A DNA stretch of 64,000 nucleotides from Nemertoderma westbladi. Lineage: Eukaryota; Animalia; Xenacoelomorpha. Numbering within the stretch: position 1 is the stretch's first letter; each line of letters opens with the position of its first letter. Made by a program: the position numbers and the translations under genes. The stretch covers positions 1 through 64,000 of the forward strand of contig JAUCBJ010002919.1 in the NCBI GenBank assembly GCA_032718475.1, written 5' to 3'. Below are positions 22,100 to 36,664 of the stretch, one piece after another. The notes under the pieces were generated by a model. It searched no databases. It was given only the letters and a program-made list of their open reading frames with translations, and was not told where the DNA came from.

Positions 22100-25000
22100 C
22101 TAATGGCGGTACAATTAATATAAACGTAAGGGGGATAGGCAATTTGCCTAGTGAGGGCCTACAAGGCCACGCAGTTGCGCAGGGAGGAACGTGGGTGGAT
22201 AGACCCAGTGAGGATAGAACAAACGTGTTGACTGGAGGGGAACATGGGCATGGGGGCGAAACAAGAGGTGACGGGTGGGGGGGGGGGGCTACGAGCACCC
22301 CACCACAACCAATTAATGGCGAGAGGGGGGGGCAGTAAACGGCCCACGAGTGTCGGCAGATAACTGGATAATGCGTGCGGTGAGTTTAGTGAACCGTGGC
22401 ACCCGACGATGGAGGCAAGGGGGGGGGCAACAGAGGCCCCACGGGCGTCGGCAGAAAATGCGCGCAGTGAGTTAAGTGGACCGTCTGACCGTGGCACCCG
22501 ACGAAAGAGGATAATAGGAGGACTGCGAATACCCGCGGGGCCATCCAACTGGACAGAGGGAGGGACGTTGGTGCCGTAAGTGGCCAAACGAGGAAACGTC
22601 GAGCCCACTCGGAAGACGAAAGAAGAACAGTGGAGTTCATCTGGGAGGTCAATACAAGATCTCGTGAAGGAGGACATTGCGCTGACATTAAAGGAAGCAA
22701 GGAGGGAAGAGGAAGTGTTGCTACGGGCAACCAGAGAGAAAGGATGGACAGTGAACCGTCGATAGTCAAAGTGGAGAAAGTGAGTCAGTGGGGTCGTACG
22801 CGTACCGTACTCCGGGACATTGCTGTCGCCCCAAAGAAACACAACCTGGCGAAATATACCACACACCGGGAGAGGGGTACAGAGTGTACCGGTATGAGGA
22901 AGAATACAGAAGAAGGGATCGGAGCAGAGGGAAACTTCCCGTCGGAACATAGCTGCCGATTGAGGATATGGTAGTCTCGGGGAGGAGTTCTCAGAATATT
23001 CAAGAAGTTTAAACTTCGATCTGGAAGGGCACAGGCAGACTGCAGGACATACTGTAGGCCTTACTGCACATCTATAGGCCATGCTGGGAGAGATAGTGTA
23101 GGCAATAGGGTAACGCGAATGCCAGGATTGGACCCGGAGGTCGTGGTATACATACCGGTTAGTAGGCAAGAACCTGATAGGCCTATACCGGTACCTGCAC
23201 ACCAATATGACTATAACATGCAGGGATACAATATATATCCAGAAGAGGGGGGGGGGGGGGTATTGCAGATAGGTGTATGGGCCCCAATATAATATCATCA
23301 ACCCCAGTACCATCGGTGGGGGGGGGGGGGGGGGGGGGCAGGGTGACATTCCCCCATTACAGTATCCACAATATACACAACCCAAAACAAGAACCCCTAC
23401 CCACTCAGATCCAAACAAATCGTGCGATACAGAGATATGGAGGGAACCGCTACCCCCGATGATATATCCCACTCAGGGAAAGTCGAAGGGCCCGGTAGGC
23501 GAGCCGCACCCAACACCAAAGGAGCCTGTATCACTACCATTGAGTGTGCTAGAAGTACAAGCGATGGGAATGGCAACACTCATCGAAGCGCTAAAAACTC
23601 GAATTGAGCAGCCACCAGTGGAGCCCTTCAAGTTCGATGGTAGTAAGCCAGAGGAATATCTAAAATTCCGGCGTATGTACAGCAATGAAATCTTAACAAA
23701 AAATCTCACGCAGGCGGAGTGCCTTAAATATCTACAAGTCTATACAGTGGGGCCAGCTTACGACATCATGAGGCAATACCAAGTATTGAAGGAGGATTCA
23801 CGACTGCATGGCGAGGAGCCCTGGACAGGGAATTCGGCCATCCTGCGAAGATTATCCGACAAACCTTAAGGGGAATAACATCAGGCGGACTCGCAGATAA
23901 CCTTGTTAGCATCAAGACTTTTGCTAACAAAGTAGAAAAGGCGCTAATAGTATTAAAGACTCTAGATGCACCTTACGAACTCAAAGCATCAAACAACATC
24001 ACCACGATAGCACAGGCACTACCGATCTAGCTGAGAAACTAATGGAGAAAGATCATTTCTCCACTCGAGAAAAGAAAGGTGCGGAGCCAGGGTTGGGGGA
24101 GATGTCGAACTTCCTTAACTACGAGGTGGAGTTAATCACAGATCCAGTCTATAGTGAGGACAATCTAGGAAAGGCACCAAAAACCGAATACAGCCGACCT
24201 AAACCCGAACATAGTGCAGCAAATGCTCTTCCGAAGATGAGGCAGTCGCTACCGTACGCGACCACGCAGGGGGGGACTTCTAGTCCACAGATAGCTGGGA
24301 GTAGAGCCACACCGTGGCAGGGACAGAAACAAATACAAACCCAATACCCCAAGCAGGCTAAGTCCAAGTAACCAAAACACTAAACCACTAGATATGAATC
24401 TACGCGCAATATGTGAAGCGCTATTCAAGGAACGCTACAACCCCGAATACAAATGCCAGTTACATAGGTTCGGTACACATAAGACCATCAACTGTAAACA
24501 CTGGCAGGCATTGCTTAAACAAGATCGGATAGCCTACACGGTAAGAATGGACTATGTCATCGATGCGCGGTAGGAGGACACAGGATGGATGAGTGCCAGG
24601 AACCGCAGATAAAATACGACGAGACGGATGGGACTGGAGGCCAGGGACAGGACGAGGGAGCAGAAGAACAACTCAAGAGGCTGCTACGGCAGGACTTCAA
24701 GGGGTTGAAGGAGACCGGGGTCGGAACCTTGGTGGAGGATAAACAGGCGCAGGAGAGCATCAGGAACTCGATGAAATGTGAAGGGGGGCGATATACCATA
24801 GGAATGGTATGGAAGCAACCGAAGGTGCCACTGCCAGACAATAAGAGGATGGTCTGGACTAGGCTTCAAAAATTAAAGCAGACGCTTAAATGGAGCCCCG
24901 AAAAGGATGCATACTTCCACAAAACAATCATGAAGTACGTGGATAGAGGATGGGCCGTGGAACTACCGGTTGACGAACCAAACACCGATAGGACCTACTA

Positions 25001-25577
25001 TTTGCCACTCCATGTGGCTTTGGACCCTAAGAAGGGCAAACTAAGAATGGTGGTCGACGCGTCTGCCAAGACTAATGGCAAGAGCCTGAATGACTACCTG
25101 CTAGAAGGCCCCAATATCTACAACTCGGAGATAGAGGTCCTGCTAAGATTTAGAAATGGAAAACATGCCTTCACGTGCGATATAGATGGCATGTTTAATC
25201 AAGTGCGAGTGATGGAGGAGGACAGCGATAGTCAGCGCTTCCTGTGGTACAATGGCGACGAAGAACCGTCGGAGAAACCGATGTACAAGATGGTAGTGCA
25301 GAACACGGGGGCCAAGTCGTCCTCGTTTACTACGACTACAGCAGTAAGAGACACAGTGGAGGGCAAAGAGGGGGAATACAGTGAGAAAGCGATTGACATG
25401 ATTCGAAGCGGATTCTATGTGGATGATGGGATGGACTTTGGAAACTCGATTGAAGAGATACTCGATGTAGGGTGCGAAGTTCACGACATCCTGAAGGGAT
25501 CAGGATTCAACCTCACAAAATTCCAGTCCAACTCTAAAGAATTTATGGAGGCCATAGAAGATAAACAACCTCACTAA
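22100..25577 (+). mobile_element. Degenerate BEL/Pao retrotransposon of a different family: gag pieces and RT
   Basis: Gag EPFKFDGSKPEEYLKF...LKYLQVYTVGPA and knuckle remnants. RT YYLPLHVALDPKKGKLRMVVDASAKTNGKSLNDYLLEGPN, DIDGMFNQV and FYVDDG. Frameshifts; truncated at 25577. Confidence 0.88.
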
Positions 25578-25579
25578 TT

Positions 25580-27184
25580 CCTTCTCCCTCTATAGTAATG
25601 CGGTCCCTTCATCCAGCTGTCTCTCTAGTTCCTTTTGATCCAGCGCAACGATATCTAGTTGACACGCCAGATCTATTTCTAACACCCTTCTTGCTTTTGC
25701 GGAGGATGTAGCGGACTTTTCGGTTGCAACGGACTCCCGTCGTCTGCCCGTCCTACTAATTTTCCCGTGTTTACTGGGATTCCCACTAACCGACGACACC
25801 GAATATTTGGGGTTAACCTTGGATTTGGTATCGTGTGTGTCCGCCCATCCCACTAACTTAATCCCCCTCGCATCTACTAGTTAAGGCCCTACGTACACTA
25901 CACTGGCCTCCATCACCTCGGATCACCACAATTCGAACAGTTCTGTGGCGACCCCCCTCGCCCTCTCACTTGCTAGTTCCCCCTGCCCAAATTGGACTAG
26001 GTAGCGAAAATATTTGTTGCACTCACCTAGTAGCCTTTGGTACAACTTGGGCTGGTCTACCTTTCTCCCCTCTCTAGCATCCTTCAACAACCTCTTGGTG
26101 GTGTTGTACCCTCATCACAGGCGATTACTTGTCCCGACGTCTTCCTCCTGGACTTTGCCTTCCCTCCATGTGCGGCGCCGTACCGTCGCCCCCACCGTCG
26201 CTGTTCCGGTGGGCCGTTCGCCGCCCTCGGCCAGTGGTTGGCCGGCGACTTTGGTACCTCGTCCACCGCTCTGATCCCGCGTCGACTCGCTCTCCTCTCC
26301 AACTTCGTACTCGGCTGCCATCCTCCTCGACGTCCGGAGTGTCCCTCATTGACGAATCTGGTGTGGCGGGCCGGTACCGCCTCGTCGCTGCTTCCTGAAT
26401 CGTCTCGTCTCTATCGCTTGGGGTTGGCGGCAGGCTCGTCTCTCCTTCTGAACCTTGGGGCATCCCGTGTCTGCTCATGTTGGCGTCGTCGTCTTGTGGT
26501 TACAGTTTATTTTTAAATAGCTGTCGAGTAGATGGTAACTTTAACTGGTTGTCTTGAGTGGACAGTTTTAACTGAGTTCCAACTGAGTTGGCAGTATCGG
26601 ATCCCGACCAGTGTGTGTATTATACACGTCGCTGCATCTGTGGGCTGCTGAGCTGTCTACTGGATATGTATAGTAGGCCGAATGCCATTCAAAATAACTG
26701 AGTTTTGTTGTCAGTGTTAATAATCATAGTAATCGATAATAGCACAGTCTAAATATAATAGCATGCAATACAACGGTTAGTGACGACGGTTAAAACTGTT
26801 CCGGTCTCACAACTGCATAGGAACCAACTGAACCAGTAATCAATAACTACAACGGTTATATTATCATTGACACATACTAAATTACCTCTACACTACTGAG
26901 TGGCCTGAGTATCCAATAGATGCGCTCTAATCACTCCCAATGTGCTTTCCTACCCACCTTAACCTGATTAATTCTCACCTCACCACTCCCTGTTGCCACT
27001 CTCCCTACATGCTAGCCTCACTAGCTTATTTGCCCCTCTGAGGTGGTTTGACCTCTCAACTCTCCATGTGGCTTGCGGCTTGTATCACCTTAGTTGGTTG
27101 TGAGGTGACATTATTATTGCTAATGTCACCTCGCCAACTATAATTGGTAAAATGCCACTAATCCCATTTTCGGTGGGTAATGCA
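25580..27184 (-). mobile_element. Probable 5' part of another LTR element (LTR ~27184-26612, PBS-like site, broken gag-like ORF from 26478)
   Basis: Minus strand reads ...ACACA-C-TGGTCGGGATCCGATAC (LTR end followed by TGG), then frameshifted GC-rich ORF pieces. No partner LTR in the window, so boundaries are tentative. Confidence 0.4.
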
Positions 27185-27541
27185 TGGAATTGAATCCGCT
27201 TACATTAAACACAATATTATAATAATAGCACAGCGCATTTGATAGAATAAAATAGTAAAATTATTTTAAAAATATATAATTTGGATCAAGATGAAGCCCA
27301 GTTTGATAACCTTTTGCTGTTTTTTGAACAGACGATAAATTCTGTATATAAATACCATAACACAGATATTCCAATTTTACTTATTCAGGCATTTTTAGGC
27401 CGATCTTCTGATGACAATTTTTGGCACTCCTGACTGTTTTTTGAAAAATCTATTTTCTTTGCTTACTTGCATAATTAATTAATCGCCCCTCGACTTTAAT
27501 GTTTAATTAATTTCGCTAATCATTTATTTTTACTCTATTAG

Positions 27542-27869
27542 CCTAGCGTGCAAGGATCCATTAGATGCAACTAAGTGCGCATTTACCAACGCAGCTGACG
27601 GGAGTAAGGCAGCTGATTTCAAGGTGACTTCCAATAAATGTGAATGCGTGAATGGGGAAACAGCCAACTACGAAAACAAAGGCGCCGAAGGGAGATACAC
27701 ATGCCCACCAGCTCCTGAAACCACCACTACTACTACTGCTACTACTACTACGAGCGGGAACGGGAGCGGGAACGGGAACGGGAACGGGAATGGGAGCGGG
27801 AACGGAACCGGTGTTGTGATAATGAGCGCTGTTCTACTAGCTGCCTGCCTCACTATCATTTATCTGTAG
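27542..27869 (+). CDS. Terminal exon of a probable GPI-anchored, Cys-rich cell-surface protein
   Basis: Acceptor ttttactctattAG ending at 27541. Frame reads LACKDPLDATKC...NKCECVNG...YTCPPAPE, a Thr-rich stalk, a (GN/GS)n linker and a hydrophobic tail VVIMSAVLLAACLTIIYL ending at TAG. Upstream exons not identified. Confidence 0.72.
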
Positions 27870-29302
27870 AGAAGATAACAGAAAGAGGCAACATCAGGAC
27901 AATATAAAGACAATAGTATTGCATTCAACATTTTATTTATTAATTTAAACTGCTAATTATTTACACTGCAAACATTTTAATAAGATAAATAATTGTATCT
28001 TTCCGTTAGTTCATGTACTGTCTACAAAACAGTAACTTGTTACAAACACGTAATTGTATTACATTGAACGCAGGGTGCGACTAGGTGTTCGATATTAATT
28101 TATATGTTTATAATTCTGCAAATCTTTTCAATACCCCGGGTTCAATCCTTTTTGTGGTTATATTATATAGCCTACGTTATAGTATCAATTTTAACAACTT
28201 CTTATTTTTTATATCTTATTTCTTATTTTTTATAACTCAATTGAAGTCACTAACTGTAATCACTTTGTTAATAGATAGCGAAAGGATGATTGAACATAAT
28301 TATCTAAGCAAGTTCCTTAGCTCCTACCTACTATCTCTCTACACTTCTTATCAGGAAATTATAATTTCAAGTTTGTTAATAAAATAATATTGTATTAACA
28401 TTGTACTACATTTTTATATTTTAATAAATTTTGTAGTAATAATGAATCATCTATCATATTTTGTAAGTGTATTGAAAGAAAATTCGACTCTATAAAAAAC
28501 CTATCTGTTTTTGGTGCAACCCGCAAATTGTTGTTTCGTATATTTATAGAGTTTTCAGTTATTTTTTCTTACATTACTTTTCTTTTTTTTTCATTCTATA
28601 TTTCGTACATGACCCATGTTACAACAGTTAGTAGTAGTTGCGTACAATTAATAATTAATTGCTGATATCTATGGCGAGTTGAGCTAGGTTGATTTAATTA
28701 AATGTTACTTATTGTCTTCTATTAAACTGCCTGTTCGTAATAATTATTTGATCATTATTCATTTTCTTGGCATAATAATATATACGAGTCACAAACCGAC
28801 ATATTACTATTGAAACTGGAGTCCGTCCATTTCGGCCCTTTTATTCTAAAACCCAGGATCCCTAAATTTTTCATTTGGAGAAAAACGCAAAAGACTTTGG
28901 ACCTTCTGCGATTGATGATCAAAGCTATGAAATGAACCCAAAATTTGTCAGAACCAAGGGAAGCCATTGGTTAATTTAGCCAACCAATAAAAAACAGGAA
29001 TTTATTTACCAGAATTTAGTTATTACTCATGAAATGAGTCATAGTCGTTGATACTGGGTTTTGATATTAAACTTTTTGGAGATATTGGGCTTTGGATTTA
29101 TGCCAAAACCCAGTATCTCCAAAAAGTCCAAAAAAACTTCTCCAAAAAACTTTTTGGCAAACCTTTGTTTCAATTAATTCAAGCCTTTTATTACCAATTA
29201 TAATTATCGAACCTTTCTAAGACATTGTTCATCCATGCAAGCTGTTGTTTTCCCTTCGGTACATGATGCTACCTCGGACCCACAAGGTTGTTTTCCATTG
29301 CA

Positions 29303-29409
29303 AATATACATTGTACAACAGAAAGAGAATAACATCCAGGAATATCATTAGGGCCCCCCCCTAATGATATTCCTGGATGTTATTCTCTTTCTGTTGTACA
29401 ATGTATATT
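29303..29409. repeat. Perfect inverted repeat, 51-bp arms with a CCCCC loop
   Basis: aatatacattgtacaacagaaagagaataacatccaggaatatcattaggg followed by its exact reverse complement. Confidence 0.92.
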
Positions 29410-30239
29410 GTATTACGGGTGTGATAAACTACGGATGGAGGAAATATGGAGGAACCATATATCTGGCACAATTGGTTATGTAAATTATGTTATATTATAT
29501 ATTTAGCTGAAACTTTTATTTTTTTTACATGACTTATGGCTGCATGGAAATAATTTACCCTGCAGCCATAAGGCCATTTGCGCCCACTGTGGGCTTATGG
29601 ATGCAAATTAAATGGTAAAATAAAACATGCAGCCATAAGCAATCAGGTAATAGATGGACTTTATAGCTGGCTGTATGATTTATTTTATGTTTGTTCGTGT
29701 CTCTAAGATTTTCATGTAAAATTTGACAAAATATTTCTACAATCATATTTCGAACAAATTGAAAGATCATTGAAATTATGGGTTTCTATGCCAAATTTTT
29801 TGGCTTAAGAGGCTTAACCTTTTTAGACAAATAAAATGTTCTCTTGTATTTACCTAGATTGCTAGATTTAATCATGAAGGACAATGTCATAGGTAGGTGA
29901 AAATAGCCTCACGACATCTCTTTTATTTCTCGTGTTATAATACTGTAGCTAGCTAGCTATCTTTACATGTCCATAATGTTGGTTTGTCCATCAAAATGTT
30001 AGACGGCATACCAACAATCTAAAATAGAACAACGACGACGTTGTTCTAAAATATTCGCCATTATTTGGGATTTCCTGGATGACGACTTCATTTCTAGTGT
30101 CAGATATTAAATTTGGCGGAATCTAGTCTCTTTCTATTTGTTTGTCTGCCTGAACATCAATACTGACATAACATACAACCAGTTTCATTGCTGCCAATCA
30201 ATAATACTAACATCGGTAATGAAATCGGAGACCAGGTAA

Positions 30240-31200
30240 ACCTCATAAGATTTTAACTATGTGGTGCGATATAATATAATTTAACATACGGATTGCTAGA
30301 CAAACGGACAGACAGACACCCAGTTTAGATGCCACCAAAAATGAAAACTGATATCGAAAATAAGACATACACCAAGAAAACGGAATCAGGACAATTCAAT
30401 CCCGGTCAATTCGGTCCCATTAATTTAGTGTTTTGGGACCGAATTGACCGGATACTTGATATGGAATGAAATCAGAGAACAATAAAAAGCACTTATCGAA
30501 TATTTATGTTGGTATGTTAAAATATATTTTGACAAACATATTGACAGATAAACGGACAGACATACAAACTGTACAAATACTGCCAAAAATGAAAACTGAT
30601 ACCATAAATTAAGTCAGAGTCCAAAAAAAGAGCCATTGCCAAGATCTAAGCTTTATGGGTTGTCATATTGTATTTTGACAGACAGATCAACTGACAAACT
30701 GACAGACTTACAAACTGTACAAATGCTGCCAAACATCAAAACTGATACCGTAAATTAAGTCAGTGTCCAAGAAAGCAGACATTCCCAGAAATTTAGCTTA
30801 GCAGGGTGTCATATTGTATTTTGACAGACAGATTGACTGACAAACGGACAGACATACAAACTGTACAATGCTGACAAACATGAAAACTGATACGGTAAAG
30901 GAAGTCAGAGTGCAAGAAAAGAGACATTCCCAAGATTTAAGCTCTATAGGATGTCATATTGTATTTTGACAGACAGATCGACTGACAAACGGACAGACAT
31001 ACAAACTTTACAAATGCTGCCAAGCATGAAAACTGATACCGTTAATGAAGTCTGAGTCCAAGATAACAGATATTCCCAGGATTTTAGCTTTTTATGGTGT
31101 CATATTGTTTTTTGACAAACGAACAGACATACAAACTGTACAAAATGCCGCCAAACCCTGAAAACTAATATGTGAAATGAAATTAGTGATGAAAAAAACT
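30240..31200 (+). repeat. Degenerate ~140 bp tandem repeat containing GACA/GACT microsatellite seeds
   Basis: ttttgacagacagat.gactgacaaacggacagacatacaaactgtacaaatgctgccaa.catgaaaactgatacc recurs about 6 times. Confidence 0.8.
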
Positions 31201-31366
31201 ACATGGAAGAGTTTAGCTGTGTGGTCTAATATATTGTATATGGATATGCGCCCCAGCAAATGTCGGTACACATATAGAATAATTGCTACAAGCAGATGAT
31301 AATTGATGAAACTTTTTTACCCAATATTTCTTCTACCTTTATTGGTATCAACAAAAACATCTATAA

Positions 31367-31870
31367 CTACTACTACTACTATCGGCATGTTGCATTGCGG
31401 CTGCATTAATTATATCAAATATATTAAGAAAGATAAGAAGGAGGCTTGTCGATAAAATTGCTCCACCACAACTCCCTATCACTCATGACATTTGCTAGAT
31501 CATCCGCATCTTCAAGGCCAGTGTCCTTTAAGATGCGTCTCAAGAAAGTCATGGGCTGTACACCATGCTTATTCACTCCATGAGGCCGCCAAAGCATAAT
31601 ATTATGCACTGGCTGGTCCACACGGTGAAAGTAATGTCCTACAAAGCGGGGGCAGCTCCGTTCAAGTAAAAGATTGCGTAGAATGATGAAACACTTCGCA
31701 TGTTGATCAGAGTCTGGTTATGGAGATGTGTTCATTGTTATTGACACAATGACGCCGGCGTAGCATTATTGTGAATGTGCCATCCAGAGGTTTTGTATAC
31801 TCTGCAGTCAGAGACCAGCATGGATTCCCATCTAAGAACGCTGTCTCTTCTGCTGCCTTAAATAATCTCT
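31367..31870 (-). mobile_element. Old 3' fragment of the RTE-like LINE family also at 47807-49218
   Basis: DQPVHNIMLWRPHGVNKHG.QPMTFLRRILKDTGL matches the C-terminus of ORF 47848-49254; (TAG)n tail. Confidence 0.85.
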
Positions 31871-32630
31871 AAAAGGTTCACGTGCGATATCAATAATTGG
31901 TACATTTGCAACAATATTATGCGAACTTTTCAGCGTTCTGGTGTTTTACTCTTAACGCAGTAAAGTTCCGTATTGCAGCGTTGCGGCCTATAGGACGAAC
32001 CTACTTATACTTCTATAACTAACTATCACTAACTATATACTATCACTAACTTAGTAATAATATCTCTTAAACACGTCTGGATTCTTCTGCATTTCTCTAG
32101 CTTTATAGCAACCATTATATGCTAAGTTAATGATTGTTTACCGTAACTTTGTTGTAATAACTGCAATTAATTAGTGATACAAATTAAATTGGATGTGAAT
32201 TACATCAATATTCCTAATTATTCCAATAGCAAAATGAAAACTTTAAAAAAATCGGAAATACTCGAACTTTTCTGAGAATTAACTATTTAGATAAACCAGC
32301 CCCCACTAAATTAGAACTCTTTTATGGAATATAGTTTAAATAAAACGTGCAGCCATAAGCACTGGAACTTTCAATACAGTTGGTTGCATGCATTATATTA
32401 AATAATATTAGGTTTATTTTAAGTCTTATTATACGGTTATACGGCTGCATATCATATTTCAACATTAATTCAAGTGCCTCAATCTATTTAGATAGACCAG
32501 CCATTACATGTAAACTCACGTCTGAGATAAAGTTTAAATAAAAGATGCAGCCATAAGAACGGCTTCTCAAAAAAACATAATTCGAAACTCGTAGCTAGCA
32601 GTACATCCGTTATTAGGAACCGAATCGTGG

Positions 32631-33540
32631 CTGACTGACTGACTGACTGACTGACTGACTGACTGACTGACTGACTGACTGACTGACTGACTGACTGACT
32701 GACTGACTGACTGACTGACTGACTGACTGACTGACTGACTGACTGACTGACTGACTGACTGACTGACTGACTGACTGACTGACTGACTGACTGACTGACT
32801 GACTGACTGACTGACTGACTGACTGACTGACTGACTGACTGACTGACTGACTGACTGACTGACTGACTGACTGACTGACTGACTGACTGACTGACTGACT
32901 GACTGACTGACTGACTGACTGACTGACTGACTGACTGACTGACTGACTGACTGACTGACTGACTGACTGACTGACTGACTGACTGACTGACTGACTGACT
33001 GACTGACTGACTGACTGACTGACTGACTGACTGACTGACTGACTGACTGACTGACTGACTGACTGACTGACTGACTGACTGACTGACTGACTGACTGACT
33101 GACTGACTGACTGACTGACTGACTGACTGACTGACTGACTGACTGACTGACTGACTGACTGACTGACTGACTGACTGACTGACTGACTGACTGACTGACT
33201 GACTGACTGACTGACTGACTGACTGACTGACTGACTGACTGACTGACTGACTGACTGACTGACTGACTGACTGACTGACTGACTGACTGACTGACTGACT
33301 GACTGACTGACTGACTGACTGACTGACTGACTGACTGACTGACTGACTGACTGACTGACTGACTGACTGACTGACTGACTGACTGACTGACTGACTGACT
33401 GACTGACTGACTGACTGACTGACTGACTGACTGACTGACTGACTGACTGACTGACTGACTGACTGACTGACTGACTGACTGACTGACTGACTGACTGACT
33501 GACTGACTGACTGACTGACTGACTGACTGACTGACTGACT

Positions 33541-33591
<51 letters not shown>

Positions 33592-34004
33592 TGACTGACT
33601 GACTGACTGACTGACTGACTGACTGACTGACTGACTGACTGACTGACTGACTGACTGACTGACTGACTGACTGACTGACTGACTGACTGACTGACTGACT
33701 GACTGACTGACTGACTGACTGACTGACTGACTGACTGACTGACTGACTGACTGACTGACTGACTGACTGACTGACTGACTGACTGACTGACTGACTGACT
33801 GACTGACTGACTGACTGACTGACTGACTGACTGACTGACTGACTGACTGACTGACTGACTGACTGACTGACTGACTGACTGACTGACTGACTGACTGACT
33901 GACTGACTGACTGACTGACTGACTGACTGACTGACTGACTGACTGACTGACTGACTGACTGACTGACTGACTGACTGACTGACTGACTGACTGACTGACT
34001 GACT

Positions 34005-34040
<36 letters not shown>

Positions 34041-35904
34041 TACTGACTGACTTACTGACTGACTTACTTACTGACTGACTTACTTACTGACTGACTGACT
34101 GACTGACTGACTGACTGACTGACTGACTGACTGACTGACTGACTGACTGACTGACTGACTGACTGACTGACTGACTGACTGACTGACTGACTGACTGACT
34201 GACTGACTGACTGACTGACTGACTGACTGACTGACTGACTGACTGACTGACTGACTGACTGACTGACTGACTGACTGACTGACTGACTGACTGACTGACT
34301 GACTGACTGACTGACTGACTGACTGACTGACTGACTGACTGACTGACTGACTGACTGACTGACTGACTGACTGACTGACTGACTGACTGACTGACTGACT
34401 GACTGACTGACTGACTGACTGACTGACTGACTGACTGACTGACTGACTGACTGACTGACTGACTGACTGACTGACTGACTGACTGACTGACTGACTGACT
34501 GACTGACTGACTGACTGACTGACTGACTGACTGACTGACTGACTGACTGACTGACTGACTGACTGACTGACTGACTGACTGACTGACTGACTGACTGACT
34601 GACTGACTGACTGACTGACTGACTGACTGACTGACTGACTGACTGACTGACTGACTGACTGACTGACTGACTGACTGACTGACTGACTGACTGACTGACT
34701 GACTGACTGACTGACTGACTGACTGACTGACTGACTGACTGACTGACTGACTGACTGACTGACTGACTGACTGACTGACTGACTGACTGACTGACTGACT
34801 GACTGACTGACTGACTGACTGACTGACTGACTGACTGACTGACTGACTGACTGACTGACTGACTGACTGACTGACTGACTGACTGACTGACTGACTGACT
34901 GACTGACTGACTGACTGACTGACTGACTGACTGACTGACTGACTGACTGACTGACTGACTGACTGACTGACTGACTGACTGACTGACTGACTGACTGACT
35001 GACTGACTGACTGACTGACTGACTGACTGACTGACTGACTGACTGACTGACTGACTGACTGACTGACTGACTGACTGACTGACTGACTGACTGACTGACT
35101 GACTGACTGACTGACTGACTGACTGACTGACTGACTGACTGACTGACTGACTGACTGACTGACTGACTGACTGACTGACTGACTGACTGACTGACTGACT
35201 GACTGACTGACTGACTGACTGACTGACTGACTGACTGACTGACTGACTGACTGACTGACTGACTGACTGACTGACTGACTGACTGACTGACTGACTGACT
35301 GACTGACTGACTGACTGACTGACTGACTGACTGACTGACTGACTGACTGACTGACTGACTGACTGACTGACTGACTGACTGACTGACTGACTGACTGACT
35401 GACTGACTGACTGACTGACTGACTGACTGACTGACTGACTGACTGACTGACTGACTGACTGACTGACTGACTGACTGACTGACTGACTGACTGACTGACT
35501 GACTGACTGACTGACTGACTGACTGACTGACTGACTGACTGACTGACTGACTGACTGACTGACTGACTGACTGACTGACTGACTGACTGACTGACTGACT
35601 GACTGACTGACTGACTGACTGACTGACTGACTGACTGACTGACTGACTGACTGACTGACTGACTGACTGACTGACTGACTGACTGACTGACTGACTGACT
35701 GACTGACTGACTGACTGACTGACTGACTGACTGACTGACTGACTGACTGACTGACTGACTGACTGACTGACTGACTGACTGACTGACTGACTGACTGACT
35801 GACTGACTGACTGACTGACTGACTGACTGACTGACTGACTGACTGACTGACTGACTGACTGACTGACTGACTGACTGACTGACTGACTGACTGACTGACT
35901 GACT

Positions 35905-35940
<36 letters not shown>

Positions 35941-35953
35941 TACTGACTGACTT

Positions 35954-35991
<38 letters not shown>

Positions 35992-36664
35992 TGACTGACT
36001 GACTGACTGACTGACTGACTGACTGACTGACTGACTGACTGACTGACTGACTGCTGCTGACTGACTGACTGACTGACTGACTGACTGACTGACTGACTGA
36101 CTGACTGACTGACTGACTGACTGACTGACTGACTGACTGACTGACTGACTGACTGACTGACTGACTGACTGACTGACTGACTGACTGACTGACTGACTGA
36201 CTGACTGACTGACTGACTGACTGACTGACTGACTGACTGACTGACTGACTGACTGACTGACTGACTGACTGACTGACTGACTGACTGACTGACTGACTGA
36301 CTGACTGACTGACTGACTGACTGACTGACTGACTGACTGACTGACTGACTGACTGACTGACTGACTGACTGACTGACTGACTGACTGACTGACTGACTGA
36401 CTGACTGACTGACTGACTGACTGACTGACTGACTGACTGACTGACTGACTGACTGACTGACTGACTGACTGACTGACTGACTGACTGACTGACTGACTGA
36501 CTGACTGACTGACTGACTGACTGACTGACTGACTGACTGACTGACTGACTGACTGACTGACTGACTGACTGACTGACTGACTGACTGACTGACTGACTGA
36601 CTGACTGACTGACTGACTGACTGACTGACTGACTGACTGACTGACTGACTGACTGACTGACTGA
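32631..36664. repeat. (GACT)n tetranucleotide array, ~4.0 kb (~1000 units)
   Basis: Directly visible. Rare TACT variants at ~33565, 34028-34087 and 35928-35967, and a CTGCTG slip at 36051. Confidence 0.99.

Noticed and set aside
22159-23472. 437-aa minus-strand ORF
   Set aside because: Antisense to the degenerate BEL/Pao gag region, with no recognisable domain.
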